From: an uncultured Candidatus Rokubacteria bacterium
GTDB taxonomy: Bacteria; Methylomirabilota; Methylomirabilia; Rokubacteriales; CSP1-6
Direction: 5' to 3'
Length of the DNA stretch: 64,000 nt
NCBI GenBank assembly: GCA_963747235.1
Contig: CAVVEU010000040.1
Span: 96,001 to 160,000 of the forward strand
The translations under genes were made by a program, and so were the position numbers. The first letter of the stretch is position 1. Every line of letters begins with the position of its first letter. Below the pieces are notes generated by a model. It made no database searches and was not told the origin of the DNA. It was given only the letters and a program-made list of their open reading frames with translations. This document shows, one piece after another, positions 33,422-44,646 of this stretch.

Positions 33422-34180
33422 TTACCCGCCGGGCCTCGGAGGCGCAATCCGAAAAACCGCATCCGCGAGCATGGCGAGGTCGGGAATCAGCAGGTCGGCC
33501 TCGGCCGACGGCCGGCGGAAGCCCGCGGTGTAGTGCGCGGCCGCGCATGCCCACGCCCTGGGCCCCGACCACGTCGGCATCCGGGTTGTCGCCGATGTGC
33601 ACCGCCTCGTCCGGCGCCACCCCGGCGCGCTCCAGCGTGACGCTGGAAGATCTGGGCCTCCGGCTTCCGGAAGCCGACCTCGTCGGAGTAGGAGATCGCG
33701 CCGAAGTAGCGAAGCAGCCCGTGGCGCTCGAGCACCCGGCGCAGGATCACGCCCGGGGTGCGCCCGGTGTTGGAGACGATGCCGAGGCTCACGCCCCGCG
33801 CGGCCAGCTCCCGCACCGCGCGATCCGGCGCCCGGACAGAGATCCGGCGGATGGGCCAGCACCGGGCTGATGTAGCCGTCGAGCGCCGCCGCGAACGCGG
33901 CGGGATCCAGGCGCGCCGCGATGCCCTCGCCGCGGGTGTCCAGCACGATCCGGAGCTGCTCGTCCGGGCTCGGGTCACGGTGGAGGCTCCAGAAGCGCTC
34001 GACCAGCACCTCGCCCGAGCGCTCGTGGACGTCCTCCGCCTCCGCCTCGCTCACCGGAGCGCCCGCGTCGCGCAGCGCCCGCCGGATCGCGGCCACGCGG
34101 AGCGCGCGCTGGGCGCGGAGGTTCTCGGGGGAATCGGTGACGAGGGTGTCCCAGAAGTCGAACGTGACGAGGCGGATCAC
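33422..34180 (-). CDS. HAD family hydrolase; frameshifted
   Basis: Motif I FDFWDTL, VSNT, KPEAQIF, HIGDNPDADVVGA. Confidence 0.88.
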   Translation of the reverse strand: MIRLVTFDFWDTLVTDSPENLRAQRALRVAAIRRALRDAGAPVSEAEAEDVHERSGEVLVERFWSLHRDPSPDEQLRIVLDTRGEGIAARLDPAAFAAALDGYISPVLAHPPDLCPGAGSRGAGAGRAGREPRHRLQHRAHPGRDPAPGARAPRAASLLRRDLLLRRGRLPEAGGPDLPASRWSAPGWRRTRRCTSATTRMPTWSGPRAWACAAAHYTAGFRRPSAEADLLIPDLAMLADAVFRIAPPRPGG

Positions 34181-34949
34181 GAAGCGAAGCGGGGCTTGCG
34201 CTTGCCGAGGTAGGCGTCCATGGCCTCGCGGGGCTCGCCGGTGGCGAAGGACTGGCCGAACGCGTTGACCCCGTACTCGACCGCCGTCCGCTGATCCGTG
34301 TTCCGCCAGCGCACGATCAGCTCCTTCTGCAGGCGCACCGCGGTGGGCGCGCACTCGACGATGCGCCCGACCAGCTCCGCGGTCACCGCGCGCAGCCCGG
34401 CCGCCGGCGCGACCCGGTTCACCAGCCCCCACGCGAGCGCCTGCTCCGCGGTGACCGGGTCGCCGGTCAGCAGGATCTCGGCCGCCCGCCCCGGCCCGAC
34501 CATGCCGGGCAGGAGCGCCGCCTCGATCACCGAGGGGATGCCCACCCGAATCTCGGGCAGGCCCAGGAGCGCGCCCGCGGCCGCGGTGCGCAGGTCGCAG
34601 GCCATCGCGAGCTCGAAGCCCGCCCCGAGACACGCGCCGTTGATCATGCACACGGTCGGGAACGGCGCGTCGTGCACCAGGTTGATCGCCTCGTGCAGGC
34701 TCGCGATGAACGCGCTTGGCGGTGGCCGGGGGTGAGCTCGCGCAGCACCTGGAGCTGCATGCCGCCGGTGATGGCCCGCCCCGCGCCCGTGATCACCGCG
34801 GCGCGGACGCGTCGGATCGCGCCGGAGCGCGTCGAAGGTGGCGCGGATCCCCTCCACCATCTCGGGCACGATCAGGTTCAGCGGCGGCCGGTCGAGGGTG
34901 ACCCACGCCACGCCGTGCCTCGCGCTCGACGCGGACGAAATCAGGTCAT
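34177..34949 (-). CDS. Enoyl-CoA hydratase/isomerase family protein; frameshifted
   Basis: TLDRPPLN, NGACLGAGFELAMACDLR, LPEIRVGIP. Confidence 0.88.
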
Positions 34950-34962
34950 CGGCATCTGCGCG

Positions 34963-35277
34963 CTAGTACCGCTTCATCTTCGGGTCGATGGCCCGCGCCC
35001 AGAAGTCGAGGCCGCCCGCCAGGTTCACCGCCTTGAATCCCTGCTGGCGGAGAAAGTTGGCGACCGCGGCGCTGCGCACGCCGTGGTGGCAGTACACGAT
35101 GATCTCGTCGGCCGGATCGAGCTCGGCGGTGCGGAACTCGATCTCCTCGATCGGGATGTGGGTCGCGTTGTCGAGCCGGCACAGCGCGGTCTCCCAGTCC
35201 TCGCGCACGTCGAGCAGCACGAGCGGCTCCCGGCGATCCAGCTTCGCCTTCAGGTCCTGCGGGCTTATGTCGGTCAT
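34963..35277 (-). CDS. Single-domain rhodanese/sulfurtransferase
   Basis: LLDVREDWE, active-site CHHGVRS, NLAGGLDFW. Confidence 0.92.
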   Translation of the reverse strand: MTDISPQDLKAKLDRREPLVLLDVREDWETALCRLDNATHIPIEEIEFRTAELDPADEIIVYCHHGVRSAAVANFLRQQGFKAVNLAGGLDFWARAIDPKMKRY

Positions 35278-35308
35278 GACGGCCTCCCGGGGCCGAAGAT
35301 TACACCGA

Positions 35309-35389
35309 AACGGTTGTCCGCAAACTGGGGGAGTGCGGGGGCCATTTCTGGGCCCCCGCATTTAATAAAGCTTGAAGAACTAAACGGTA
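35309..35389. repeat. Dispersed ~82-bp palindromic repeat, copy 2 (inverted relative to copy 1)
   Basis: Reverse complement matches 15542-15623, including TACCGTTTA..TTCTTCAAGCT, the 10-bp hairpin and GCGGACAACCGTT. Confidence 0.85.
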
Positions 35390-35444
35390 ATCAGCCGCGG
35401 ACAGCCGACTGTAGTCAGCCGAACGGTCGTCCGCGGACACGCGT

Positions 35445-36550
35445 TCACGGCTCCGCCGGGAGCAGCACGCTGGTCTCCGGGGAGATCTCGATCTTGACGT
35501 CGTCGCCGGGCTTGAAGCTCTTGCCCTGCTGCGCGGAGGTGATCATCTCCACGCGGACCGTGCCGCCCGGGATCGTGACGTCGTAGAGCTGGCGCGCGCC
35601 CTCGAAGACGTGGCCGACCACCTTGCCCGCGGATGCCCCCCGCCGCGCGCTCGGCCTCCTCGAGGCGCAGCGCCTCCGGCCGGAGGCAGAGCAGGCCGCG
35701 GTCCCCGACCGCCCACGGGTGCCCGCCCGAGGCCACCGGGATGCGCGAGCCGCCCGCCGTGTCCACCACCACGCCCAGGTCGCGCACCTCGAGCACCCGC
35801 ACCGCCACCAGGTTGGCGGCGCCCACGAACTCGGCCACGAACCGGTTGCGGGGCCGCCAGTAGATCTCCTCGGGCTTGCCCTCCTGCACGATGCGGCCCT
35901 GGCTCAGCACCGCGATGCGCGTGGACAGCGCGAGCGCCTCCGCCTGGTCGTGGGTGACGTAGATGGTGGTGATCCCGACGTCGCGGTGCAGCCGCGCCAG
36001 CTCGAGGCGCATCTGCGCGCGCAGCACCGCGTCCAGGTTGGAGAGCGGCTCGTCGAGCAGGAGCAGGCGCGGCTGGATGATCAGGGTCCGCGCCAGCGCC
36101 ACCCGCTGCTGCTGGCCTCCCGAGAGCTGGGACGGCCGGCGCGTCTCGAAGCCGTCGAGGCCCACCTGGCCGAGGGCGGCGGCCTACCCGCGCGGTCAGC
36201 GCCGCGCCGCTCACCCCGCGCTCGCGCAGGCCGAAGGCCACGTTCTCGAACACGGACAGGTGCGGCCACAGCGCGTAGTGCTGGAAGACCATGCCCAGGT
36301 TGCGCTTCCACGGCGGCACCGGATCGATCGGCTCGTCGTCCACGATGATGCGGCCGGTGTCGGGGGTGATGAAGCCCGCGAGCAGCCGGAGCAGCGTCGT
36401 CTTGCCGCAGCCGGACGGCCCCAGCAGCGTGTAGAACTCGCCGGGGCGGATCGAGAGCGAGACGTCCTGCACCGCCCAGTGCTCGCCGTAGCGCTTGCCC
36501 ACGTTCTCCATGCGCACTTCCGACAGCCGGATCAGCTCCTCCTGGCTCAC
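35445..36550 (-). CDS. ABC ATP-binding protein (FbpC/PotA family, TOBE domain); frameshifted
   Basis: GPSGCGKTT, MVFQHYALWPH, LSGGQQQRVALAR, DEPLSNLD, VTHDQAEA. Confidence 0.92.
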
Positions 36551-37736
36551 GCGCTCCGACCTCCCTCGCCCCACGGAGGGGCCTCGCCCCACGGACGCGC
36601 GCGGCGGTTGAGCCGCGCCACGAGCGGGATCACCGACAGCCCCATCCCGGCCAGCACCAGGTAGACGGCGGCGGGCGGCATGGACGACAGCAGCGTCGTC
36701 GCCACGACCGGCCCGATGAAGGCCGCCCCGATCCGCGCCGAGTTCACGAATCCGATGGCTTCCCCGGACGCCCGCTGCGCGATCGCCGCCACCGAGAGCG
36801 GGAAGACCGGCGCGATGCACAGCACCTGCAGGAAGCGGAGCACCCCGAAGCTCCACACGTTGCCCGCGACCCCGAGCGCGGCCACCAGCAGCGAGGAGCC
36901 CAGCGAGGAACCAGATCAGCGCGCGCCGGTCGCCGACCACCTCGGCCAGGCGCGGCGCCGCCATCGCGCCGAGCGCGGCGGCCAGCCCGGTGATCAGGAG
37001 GAGGAACCCGCTGACCTCGAGCGTGGAGTCCCCCGACACCCCGAGCGGCGGGAGGATCTGCGGGAGGATCGCGGCGAGGAAGAAGATCTGCGTCGATCCG
37101 GTGAGCACCACGAGGCACGCCGTCACCAGCTCGCGCGGCGACGTCCGCCGGTCGCCCGCGGCCCTGGCGTCGCGCGGCTTGCCCGGCGGCACGCCCCAGG
37201 CCACGAGGGCCGAGCAGGCCCACAGCATCACGCCGCCCAGGATGAAGGAGAGCTGGAACCCGAGGCGCGCCGCCACCACCGCGCCCACCGCCGGCCCCAG
37301 CACCTGCCCCAGCGTCATGCCCGACTGGATGTAGGACACCTGGCGCCGCACGTCGCCGCCGGAGCGCCCCACCATGATGAAGGCGAAGGTGGACACCGCG
37401 CCCATCAGGCCCAGGAGCACGCGGGCGACCAGCATCTCGGGCAGCGTGCGCGCGAGCGCCATGCCGAGGAAGCCCAGCCCCTGGAACGCCTGCACCGCCA
37501 TGAAGCCGCGCTTGGGATCGATGCGCTCGCCGATGCGCCCCGAGATCGGCGCGGTGATGACCGTGATGAGCGGGCTGATGCCGAGGATCCACCCGGTCCA
37601 GCGCAGCGTCGTGGCCGCGTCCAGCGTGGACATCTTCTGGATGTGGAAGGGCAGGCTCACGTACACGAACGACCACGCGAAGGTGCCGAGCAGCATCGAG
37701 GCCGGCAGGACCCAGGTCCGGGCGTGGCGACGCCAT
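36547..37736 (-). CDS. MFS transporter (DHA1-like); frameshifted
   Basis: About 12 hydrophobic segments, motif-A-like GRIGERIDPK, GQVLGPAVG. Confidence 0.85.
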
Positions 37737-37738
37737 CG

Positions 37739-39410
37739 TCAGCTCCGGAAGAGCGCCGCGCCGGAGCGCCGCGCCAGCGCGGTGGCGGCCCACGTCCCGG
37801 CCGCCACCAGCACGATGGCGACCACCCCGAGCGCCGCGCCCGGGCCGCGGCCCACCGCCGACTGCATGTAGAGATAGATGCCGTAGGAGAGCGGGCCCAG
37901 CTCCACCCGCGGGACCAGCAGGATCGTGGACGAGAGATCCACCGCCGAGGTGATGAACGCGAGCAGGCCGCCGGCCAGCAGCCCGCGCATCATCAGCGGC
38001 AGCGTGATGCGCCGGAAGGTGCGCGGCGCGATTGGCCCCGAGGTTCTGGGCCGCCTCCTCCAGCGCGGGCGAGAGCTGCTGGAGCGCCGCGTAGGCTCCC
38101 CGCACCGCGTAGGGCAGCCGCCGCACCGCGTACACGATCACCAGGATGAGCCACGTGGACGTGAGCGGCTCGCCCAGGCCCGGCACGCGGAACGACCCGA
38201 AGGCGCGGAGGTAGCCCACCGCGATCACCACGCCCGGGATCGCGAGCGGCACCGTGGAGATCGTGTCGAGCCACTGCCGGCCCCGCACCCGGCCGCGGAG
38301 CAGGAGCCAGGCGATCACCGCGCCCAGCGCCACGTCGAGCAGCGCGGCGAGGCCCGCGTAGCGCATCGTGTTCGCGATGAACTGGGGCGAGCGGACCAGG
38401 ATCTCCTCGTAGTTGCCCAGGGTGTAGACGGTCGGGACCGGGGTGAGGCTCCACACCTTCGAGACCGACAGCAGCAGGATGCCCGCGTGCGGGAGCAGCG
38501 CGGGCCCCAGCAGCAGCGCGACGAGCCCCCACGCCACCAGGGCGCCGCGCGGACCCAGCGCCACCGGCGGCGCCTCGCCGCTCCGGCCGAGCGCCGCGAA
38601 CTCGCCGCGGGCCAGGACCGCCTTGGACAGCGCGAGCGCCCCGAGCGACAGCGCCACCAGGATCACGCAGATCACGTAGCCGTCCACGTCGGTGAGGCCG
38701 ATCGTGGTCACCCGCACGTAGGCCTGCGGCGCGAGCAGCTTGGTGTAGTTGAGCATGAGCGGCGTGCCCAGGTCGTCGATCACGCGGATGAACGTGAGCA
38801 GGGCCCCCGCCGCGTAGCCCGGCAGGGCCAGCGGCAGCAGCACGCGGCGGAAGAGGCGGAAGCCCGAGCTGCCGAGGTTCTGGGCCGCCTCCTCGAGCGA
38901 GCGATCGAGCCCGGCGAGCGCGGCCGCGGTGTTGAGCAGGATGAACGGGAAGTAGTGGAGGCTCTGCACCAGCACCACCCCGGTGAGCCCCTCCATGAAC
39001 GGGATCGTGAAGCCCGCGTGCTCGCGGAGCAGCAGGTTCACCGCGCCGCTGCGCCCGAGGATCTGCTGGAAGGCCACCGCGCCCACGAAGGGCGGGATCA
39101 CGAGCGGCAGCACGCCCAGCACCGTGACCAGGGTCCGCCCCGGGAAGCGGTAGCGCACGGTGAGCAGCGCCAGCGGCACCGCGATCACGCTGCCGATCAC
39201 CACCGCCAGCACGCCGGCCAGCAGCGTGTTCACGAACGCCTCGCGGAAGAGCGGGCGCCCGAAGAAGGCCGCGAGCGGTCGCAGGGTGGGCACGCCCCCG
39301 TCCAGGAAGGCCACCGACAGCACCTGGAGCAGCGGGTAGACGATGGCGGCCGCGAGCAGGGCCAGCAGGGCCGCCACCAGCGTGGCCTCGCCCGCCGAGC
39401 GGTGTGCCAT
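37739..39410 (-). CDS. ABC permease (FbpB/AfuB-type, duplicated TM domain); frameshifted
   Basis: Two EAA loops (LEEAAQNLGSS and LEEAAQNLGAN), PLVIPPFVGA, DLGTPL. Confidence 0.9.
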
Positions 39411-40826
39411 CAGGCGGACGCGGTCGGGCTCGATTCGACGGCCGACGCCTCGGGCGCCATCGGCTGCGCCGCGAACGTCAGGTACTCCAGATCCTCGAGG
39501 GTCTGCTCGAGGCGATGGTAGGCCCACGCGCAGCCGAGCAGCGCGGCGAGCGGGTAGCCGAGCCCGTAGCTGCGCGGGCCCACCAGCAGCGTGATCACGG
39601 TGAAGACCAGGTTGCCGGCCAGGAAGACGCCCGCGACCTCGGCGGCCGCGCGCCGCCGGTCGAAGTAGAGCAGCACGATGCCCCCGAAGAGGCAGAGCAC
39701 GTGCAGCAGCGCGCCCACGAGCCCGCAGCGCATGATCCCGAGCTGCAGCCCGTCGAGCGCGAGCTCGGCCGCGATCCACGGGGCCAGCACCATGAGCAGC
39801 AGGGTCAGCGGGCCCTGGACCACCAGCATGCGGCGCAGGCCGTCGCGCAGGCAGAGCGGTCATGGCCCGCTTGGCCTCCAGCACCTGCCGCAGGGTGCCG
39901 TGCTTGGTGGCCACGCCGTAGTACTCCCGGTAGCGATCGTAGAAGTCGGTCTCGACGCTGACGAGGAAGATGGCGAGCGACGGCACGACCGAAAGGTAGC
40001 ACAGGAAGATCGGGGTGTCGTAGAGCGAGGCGTGAAACCAGCCGACGATCTGGCGCCCGGTCGGCGCGATCCAGAACGCGATGCGGTCCACCGCGATCGC
40101 CGCGTTGTAGAGGAGCCCGGCCGCGATCAGATCGGGGTAGCGGGCGAAGGCGCTGGTGAGATCCACCGTCTCCGGCGCGCGCACCGCGGTGAGCTCGCGC
40201 TCGACGCGCGCGCACAGCACGAACAGGATGCCGGCCTGGCCGAGCAGGAAGCCGCCCAGGTGCCCGCTCGTGCCGAGCCAGCGGCCGAGCGCCAGGGCCG
40301 CGAGCAGGCTCACCACGTTGCCCGCGAAGAAGGCGGCCACCACGCTCGCGTAGTCCTGGGCCGCGCCGAGGTAGATCATCACCATCCAGGTGCACGACAC
40401 CACCACCAGCAGCATGACCCCGAACAGGCGCAGGCCCGGGTCGAGGCCGGGCGCCAGGGCGTAGAACAGCGCGCCGAGCACCAAGTGCGCGAGCGCGGTC
40501 CACCCGACCGTGAAGCGGTAGGAGACGACGAGGGTCCCGAGGCGGCCCACGTAGAGCTCGTCGGCGAGCTGGCGCGTCACCACCATGTGCGCGGCGCCGG
40601 TCGTGATCAGCGAGAACGTGTAGGTGTAGACCACGATCGCCTGGAAGCGGGCGTGCGCCGCCTCCCCGATCAGGTCGCGGGAGAACAGGGCCAGGGTCCC
40701 GAGCGTGCAGATGGAGAGCAGCCACGGGCCCGCCGAGAGCACCGCGCCGTAGAGGTGGGCGCGCAGCCACCCGCTGCTGCTGTCCTCGACGATGAGGCGC
40801 TTGAGCCGGAAGCCGATGCCCGCCAT
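39410..40826 (-). CDS. pelG: Pel polysaccharide inner-membrane transport protein PelG; frameshifted
   Basis: N-terminus MAGIGFRLKRL (PelG hallmark MAGIGF), SAGPWL, YDTPIFL, VETDFY; multi-TM. Confidence 0.92.
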
Positions 40827-40830
40827 CGCC

Positions 40831-42336
40831 CTACCGCGCCCGCGACCCGATCATGTCGGTGTAGATCTCCCGGTAGCGACGGATCAGGTCGGACTCCTGG
40901 TAGTGGGCGCGCACCCGGTTCCGGGCCGCCCGGCCCATCTCCTCGCGGAGGCCCGGGTCGCGGGCCAGGCTCAGCATCGCCTGCGCGGTCGCGCCCGGGT
41001 CGGCGAGGCCGGTCACGAGCCCGCTCGCGCCGAGCGCGCGGTCCGCGGGCTGGCTGCCCTCGAGGAGCTCGCGACAGGCGCCCACGTCGGTGGAGACCAC
41101 CGGGATGCCGGCCGCGGCCGCCTCCAGGATCACGAGCGGCAGCCCCTCCGAGATGCTGGTGAGCACGAGCACGTCGATGCGCGGGTAGATCTGCTTGACG
41201 TCCACCCGGCCGGTGAACTCCACCCGCTCGGCGATCCCGAGCGTGGCGGCCAGCACGCGGCACTCGTCGAGATACTGCGGGTCCTCGTCGCCCGGCCCCG
41301 CGATCACCGCGGTCGCGCCGGGCAGCGCCGCGCTCACGATCTTGACCGCGCGGATGAACGTCTTCACGTCCTTGATCGGCACCACGCGCCCCACGAAGCC
41401 GATGCGGAACTCGCCCGGCGCCGCCTCCACGCGCGGCAGCGCGGCGAGCGGCTCCATGTTGATGCCGTTCGGCACCACCAGCGTCTTGGCCGGGTCCGCC
41501 CCGTCGCGGATCTGGGCCTGGCGGTTGCCCTCGAAGATCGTGACGATGCGGTCGGCGTGGGCGTAGGTGATGCGCGAGAGGTGCTCGAAGAGCCGCGTCC
41601 ACAGCTCCTTGAAGAAGCCCGGCCCCGCCGACAGCGTCATGGGCGCCTGCTGCTGCACGTAGATCCACTCGGCCTGATCGATCTCCATCCGCCGCTCGCG
41701 CGAGTAGATGCCGTGCTCGGTGAGCAGCATCGGGCGGTCGTGGCGCACGCGCTGGGTCGCGGCCACCAGCCCGGCCCATCCGGTGGAGACGGTGTGGTAG
41801 AGCGCGGCCTCCGGCACCGGGGCGTGGAGCAGCCGGAACATCGGCAGGTGGGTGAACCGCCACGTCCAGAAGTAGTCGAGGAACGAGATGTGGGGGGCCC
41901 GGCTCTCGTAGAGGCGCCGCACGATGTCCCACGAGGGCTTGCCGTAGATGTAGTCGTGCACCGAGGGGCCGGCGCCCTGGTGCGGGCAGATCCGCTTGAG
42001 CAGATCGCCGAGCCCGTCGACCCGGCCGTCCTTGAGCTCCTCGTGATAGCGGAAGATCGTCTCCCACGAGGCGGGATCCATCGCGTGGCTCTTGCCCGCC
42101 GGCTCGTCGCCGCCGTGGATGCCCACGTCCACCAGGCTCACCACGTTGGGCGGCATGGTGTAGCGCGGCTCGTGCGTCTCCCCGCTCGTCGCCGAGATGT
42201 GGAAGATCGCGAAGCGCAGCTCGGGCAGCGCGTTGACGAGCTGGTGGATCCACGCCGACACCCCGCCCGTCACGTAGGGATACGTGCCCTCGAGGATCAG
42301 GCAGACGTCGGCGGGCGGGGTCGTCGTCCCGGTCAC
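40831..42336 (-). CDS. pelF: GT4 glycosyltransferase PelF
   Basis: DVCLILEGTYPYVTGGVSAW, STGWAG, LTEHGIYSRER, GRVVPIKDVKTFIRA, SISEGLPLVILEA. Confidence 0.95.
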   Translation of the reverse strand: MTGTTTPPADVCLILEGTYPYVTGGVSAWIHQLVNALPELRFAIFHISATSGETHEPRYTMPPNVVSLVDVGIHGGDEPAGKSHAMDPASWETIFRYHEELKDGRVDGLGDLLKRICPHQGAGPSVHDYIYGKPSWDIVRRLYESRAPHISFLDYFWTWRFTHLPMFRLLHAPVPEAALYHTVSTGWAGLVAATQRVRHDRPMLLTEHGIYSRERRMEIDQAEWIYVQQQAPMTLSAGPGFFKELWTRLFEHLSRITYAHADRIVTIFEGNRQAQIRDGADPAKTLVVPNGINMEPLAALPRVEAAPGEFRIGFVGRVVPIKDVKTFIRAVKIVSAALPGATAVIAGPGDEDPQYLDECRVLAATLGIAERVEFTGRVDVKQIYPRIDVLVLTSISEGLPLVILEAAAAGIPVVSTDVGACRELLEGSQPADRALGASGLVTGLADPGATAQAMLSLARDPGLREEMGRAARNRVRAHYQESDLIRRYREIYTDMIGSRAR

Positions 42337-43290
42337 GCCGCCCACCACCGAAGGGTCTCGTCGGCGCGGCCGGCGGCCACCGCGTCCCGCGAGATCGCCC
42401 GCACGTCGCCCCAGCGGCCCTGCGCGAAGAAGATCTCCGAGAGGAGCAGGTCCGCCTCGGTGGACGGCGCGGCGGCGCGGGCCTCCGCCGCGAGCGTCTC
42501 CGCCTCCGCCACCTCGCCCTGCGCCAGCCGCACCCGGGCCAGCGCCGCGGCCGGCGCGGCCCACTCCGGCCGGCGCGCGCGGACCGCCCGGTACGCGGCC
42601 TCCGCCTCGCCGAGCCAGTGGCGGCCCATCGCCGCCTCCAGCAGCCGGCTTTCCTGATAGGCCACGCACGCGTCGCCCACCGCCATGAGGCGCTCGGGCG
42701 ACTCCGGCTCGAGCTGCAGCTGCTCCTTCGCCAGCGCGATGCGCGCCACCAGCCGCTCCTCCACCCGCTGCAGGGCGCCCGAGGCCGCGATCTGCGTGTC
42801 GCGATCGTCGGCCCGCAGCGCCTCGCGCAGCAGATCCACCGCGGCGCCGTCGCCGCGCTTGGCGAGCAAGCCCGACGCCCCAGCGCTGGGTGCGCGGGTC
42901 GGCCGCGCGGATCAGATCCGCCACCGGCTGCACCGAGACCTGCGCCTGCAGCCAGTCGAGCACGCGGTCCACCGGCTCGGGCGTCTGCCCGGGACCGGGC
43001 AGGCCCGCCATCTCCGAGTGCGCCCCCGCGTACATCCCGGCCGGCGCGGCGCGCTTGCGCCAGAAGGCGATCGCGCTGAGCCCGATCAGGCCGAGGCCGG
43101 GCAGCGAGAGCACGAGCGACGTGGCGAGGAAGCGGGCGTCGCGCCGGCCGTCGCCCAGCCCGCGGCCGGCGAGCCACGCGGCGGCCACGTGCGCGAGGAG
43201 GGCGAGCGACCACCACCGGACCCCCGCGAGCGCGAGCGCCAGCGCGATCGCCTCCGCGAGCCAGCCCGCCGGGAGCGCGGCGATCAGGGC
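42333..43290 (-). CDS. pelE: PelE-like protein (TM + HEAT-like + TPR); frameshifted, start approximate
   Basis: N-terminal TM helices, then AVDLLREALRADDRDTQIAA HEAT-like repeat and TPR helices; lies between pelD and pelF. Confidence 0.75.
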
Positions 43291-44639
43291 GTCACTTTCC
43301 CGGGCCGCTCCCGTACCGCGAGCACGCGGATCGAGAACTCGAGGTCCTGCGTCTCGTCGTCGCCATACGGGGCGAAGTGGAAGTTGCCGATCTCGCGCGA
43401 GAGGCGCTCCACGACGACCTCGGCGTGCGCGGGCGGGGTCTCGGGCAGGATGATCGCGAAGGAGTCCTCGGTGGCGTAGCGGCACACGATGTCCACGTCC
43501 CGCAGCGTGCGCGAGAACACGAGCGACAGCACGCGCCCCAGCTCGACGCGGCGCTGCGGCTCCACCGCGCCGAAGCGCTGGACGCGGAAGATCACCACCG
43601 CGAGCGGCCGGCCGTAGCGGTCGGCGCGCATCTCCTCCTCGTGGAGCCGGCGCTCGTAGTACGCGTAGGTGTAGGCGCCCACCAGGTCGTCCTCGATGGT
43701 CCGCGCCCGCGTCTCCTGGTGCGTCCGCGCGTTCGCGAGCGCCCGCGCGCCCCAGTCCGCGACGAGGCCCAGGCGGTCGAGCGAGGCCGCGGTGAGGCGC
43801 AGGAAGGGCAGCGCGGTCACGGTGAGGCAGCCGAGCAGCGTGCCCTGCGGGCCCAGCAGCGGGGCCGCCATCAGCAGGCTCGCGGTGTGGAGATCGTCGA
43901 GAGAGGCGATGACCGCGGCGTCGCGCACGCTGACCGGGCGGCCGAGGCGGACCGCCAGGCCCACCAGGCCCTCGTCGGGCGGGATCTCCGACCGCTCGGG
44001 CGCCGGCCCCTCCGCGGCGCGCAGGCGCATCAGCTCGCCCTCGAGCACGTAGCACTGGCAGGCGTCGGCCTGCAGGAAGCGGCGCGCGGTGAGCGCGATG
44101 GCCGGGTAGAGGCGCTCCGCGTCGAGCGTCTCCAGCGCGCGCGCCGCGGTGTAGAGGCTCGAGAGCGACGCGCGCTCGTCGGCCACCCGCCGCTCCAGCT
44201 CGTGCTTGGCCTCGGTCGCGGCCATGAAGCGCACCGCCTGGTCCGCCAGCTCGTGCTCGAGCGCCTCGACGCGGCGCTCGAGGGCGCGCTCGGCCCGGCG
44301 CAGCGACTCCCGCTGCGCGCCCAGGCCGAAGCCGGTGCCGATGAGCAGGAGCGGCGTCACGTAGTGCCCGAGCGTCCGCACCTCGCTCCAGGTCAGGTAC
44401 TCGAGACGCGCCACGATGCACGCGGTCACCACCGCCGCGGTCACGAGACCGCTCGTGAGCCCGGCGCGGAGCCCGTGGCGACAGGCCACCACCGCGACGA
44501 GGAGCAGGGCCGGGTTCGGCTGCACCGCGAGGAAGCCGGGGTCCTTCGGGCGCAGCAGCAGGTTGACGACGGCGAGCACGAGGAGCCCGCCGCCCAGCTC
44601 GAGCAGGTAGGGCCGGTCGCGGCGGAGTGTGGCCAGCAC
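43284..44639 (-). CDS. pelD: PelD-like c-di-GMP receptor (TM + GAF + degenerate GGDEF)
   Basis: Four N-terminal TMs, GAF domain, and LRDVDIVCRYATEDSF = RxxD I-site with a degenerate GGDEF motif; synteny. Confidence 0.82.
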   Translation of the reverse strand: MLATLRRDRPYLLELGGGLLVLAVVNLLLRPKDPGFLAVQPNPALLLVAVVACRHGLRAGLTSGLVTAAVVTACIVARLEYLTWSEVRTLGHYVTPLLLIGTGFGLGAQRESLRRAERALERRVEALEHELADQAVRFMAATEAKHELERRVADERASLSSLYTAARALETLDAERLYPAIALTARRFLQADACQCYVLEGELMRLRAAEGPAPERSEIPPDEGLVGLAVRLGRPVSVRDAAVIASLDDLHTASLLMAAPLLGPQGTLLGCLTVTALPFLRLTAASLDRLGLVADWGARALANARTHQETRARTIEDDLVGAYTYAYYERRLHEEEMRADRYGRPLAVVIFRVQRFGAVEPQRRVELGRVLSLVFSRTLRDVDIVCRYATEDSFAIILPETPPAHAEVVVERLSREIGNFHFAPYGDDETQDLEFSIRVLAVRERPGKVTP

Positions 44640-44646
44640 CCGGCGC

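Noticed and set aside
36563-36595. CCTCGCCCCACGGA duplicated at the MFS 3' end
   Set aside because: Only a 14-bp local duplication within a coding tail; too little to call an element.
36744-40826. 1,360-aa PelG-ABC permease fusion
   Set aside because: Frameshift artefact; the PelG C-terminus is in ORF 39410..39829 with its own stop, and the permease has its own ATG.
40831-44421. 1,196-aa ORF extending PelF upstream; similarly 47216..51085 joining the deacetylase and TPR genes
   Set aside because: The extensions are out-of-frame readthrough of neighbouring genes; separate GTGA start/stop overlaps exist at 42333-42336 and 48952-48955.
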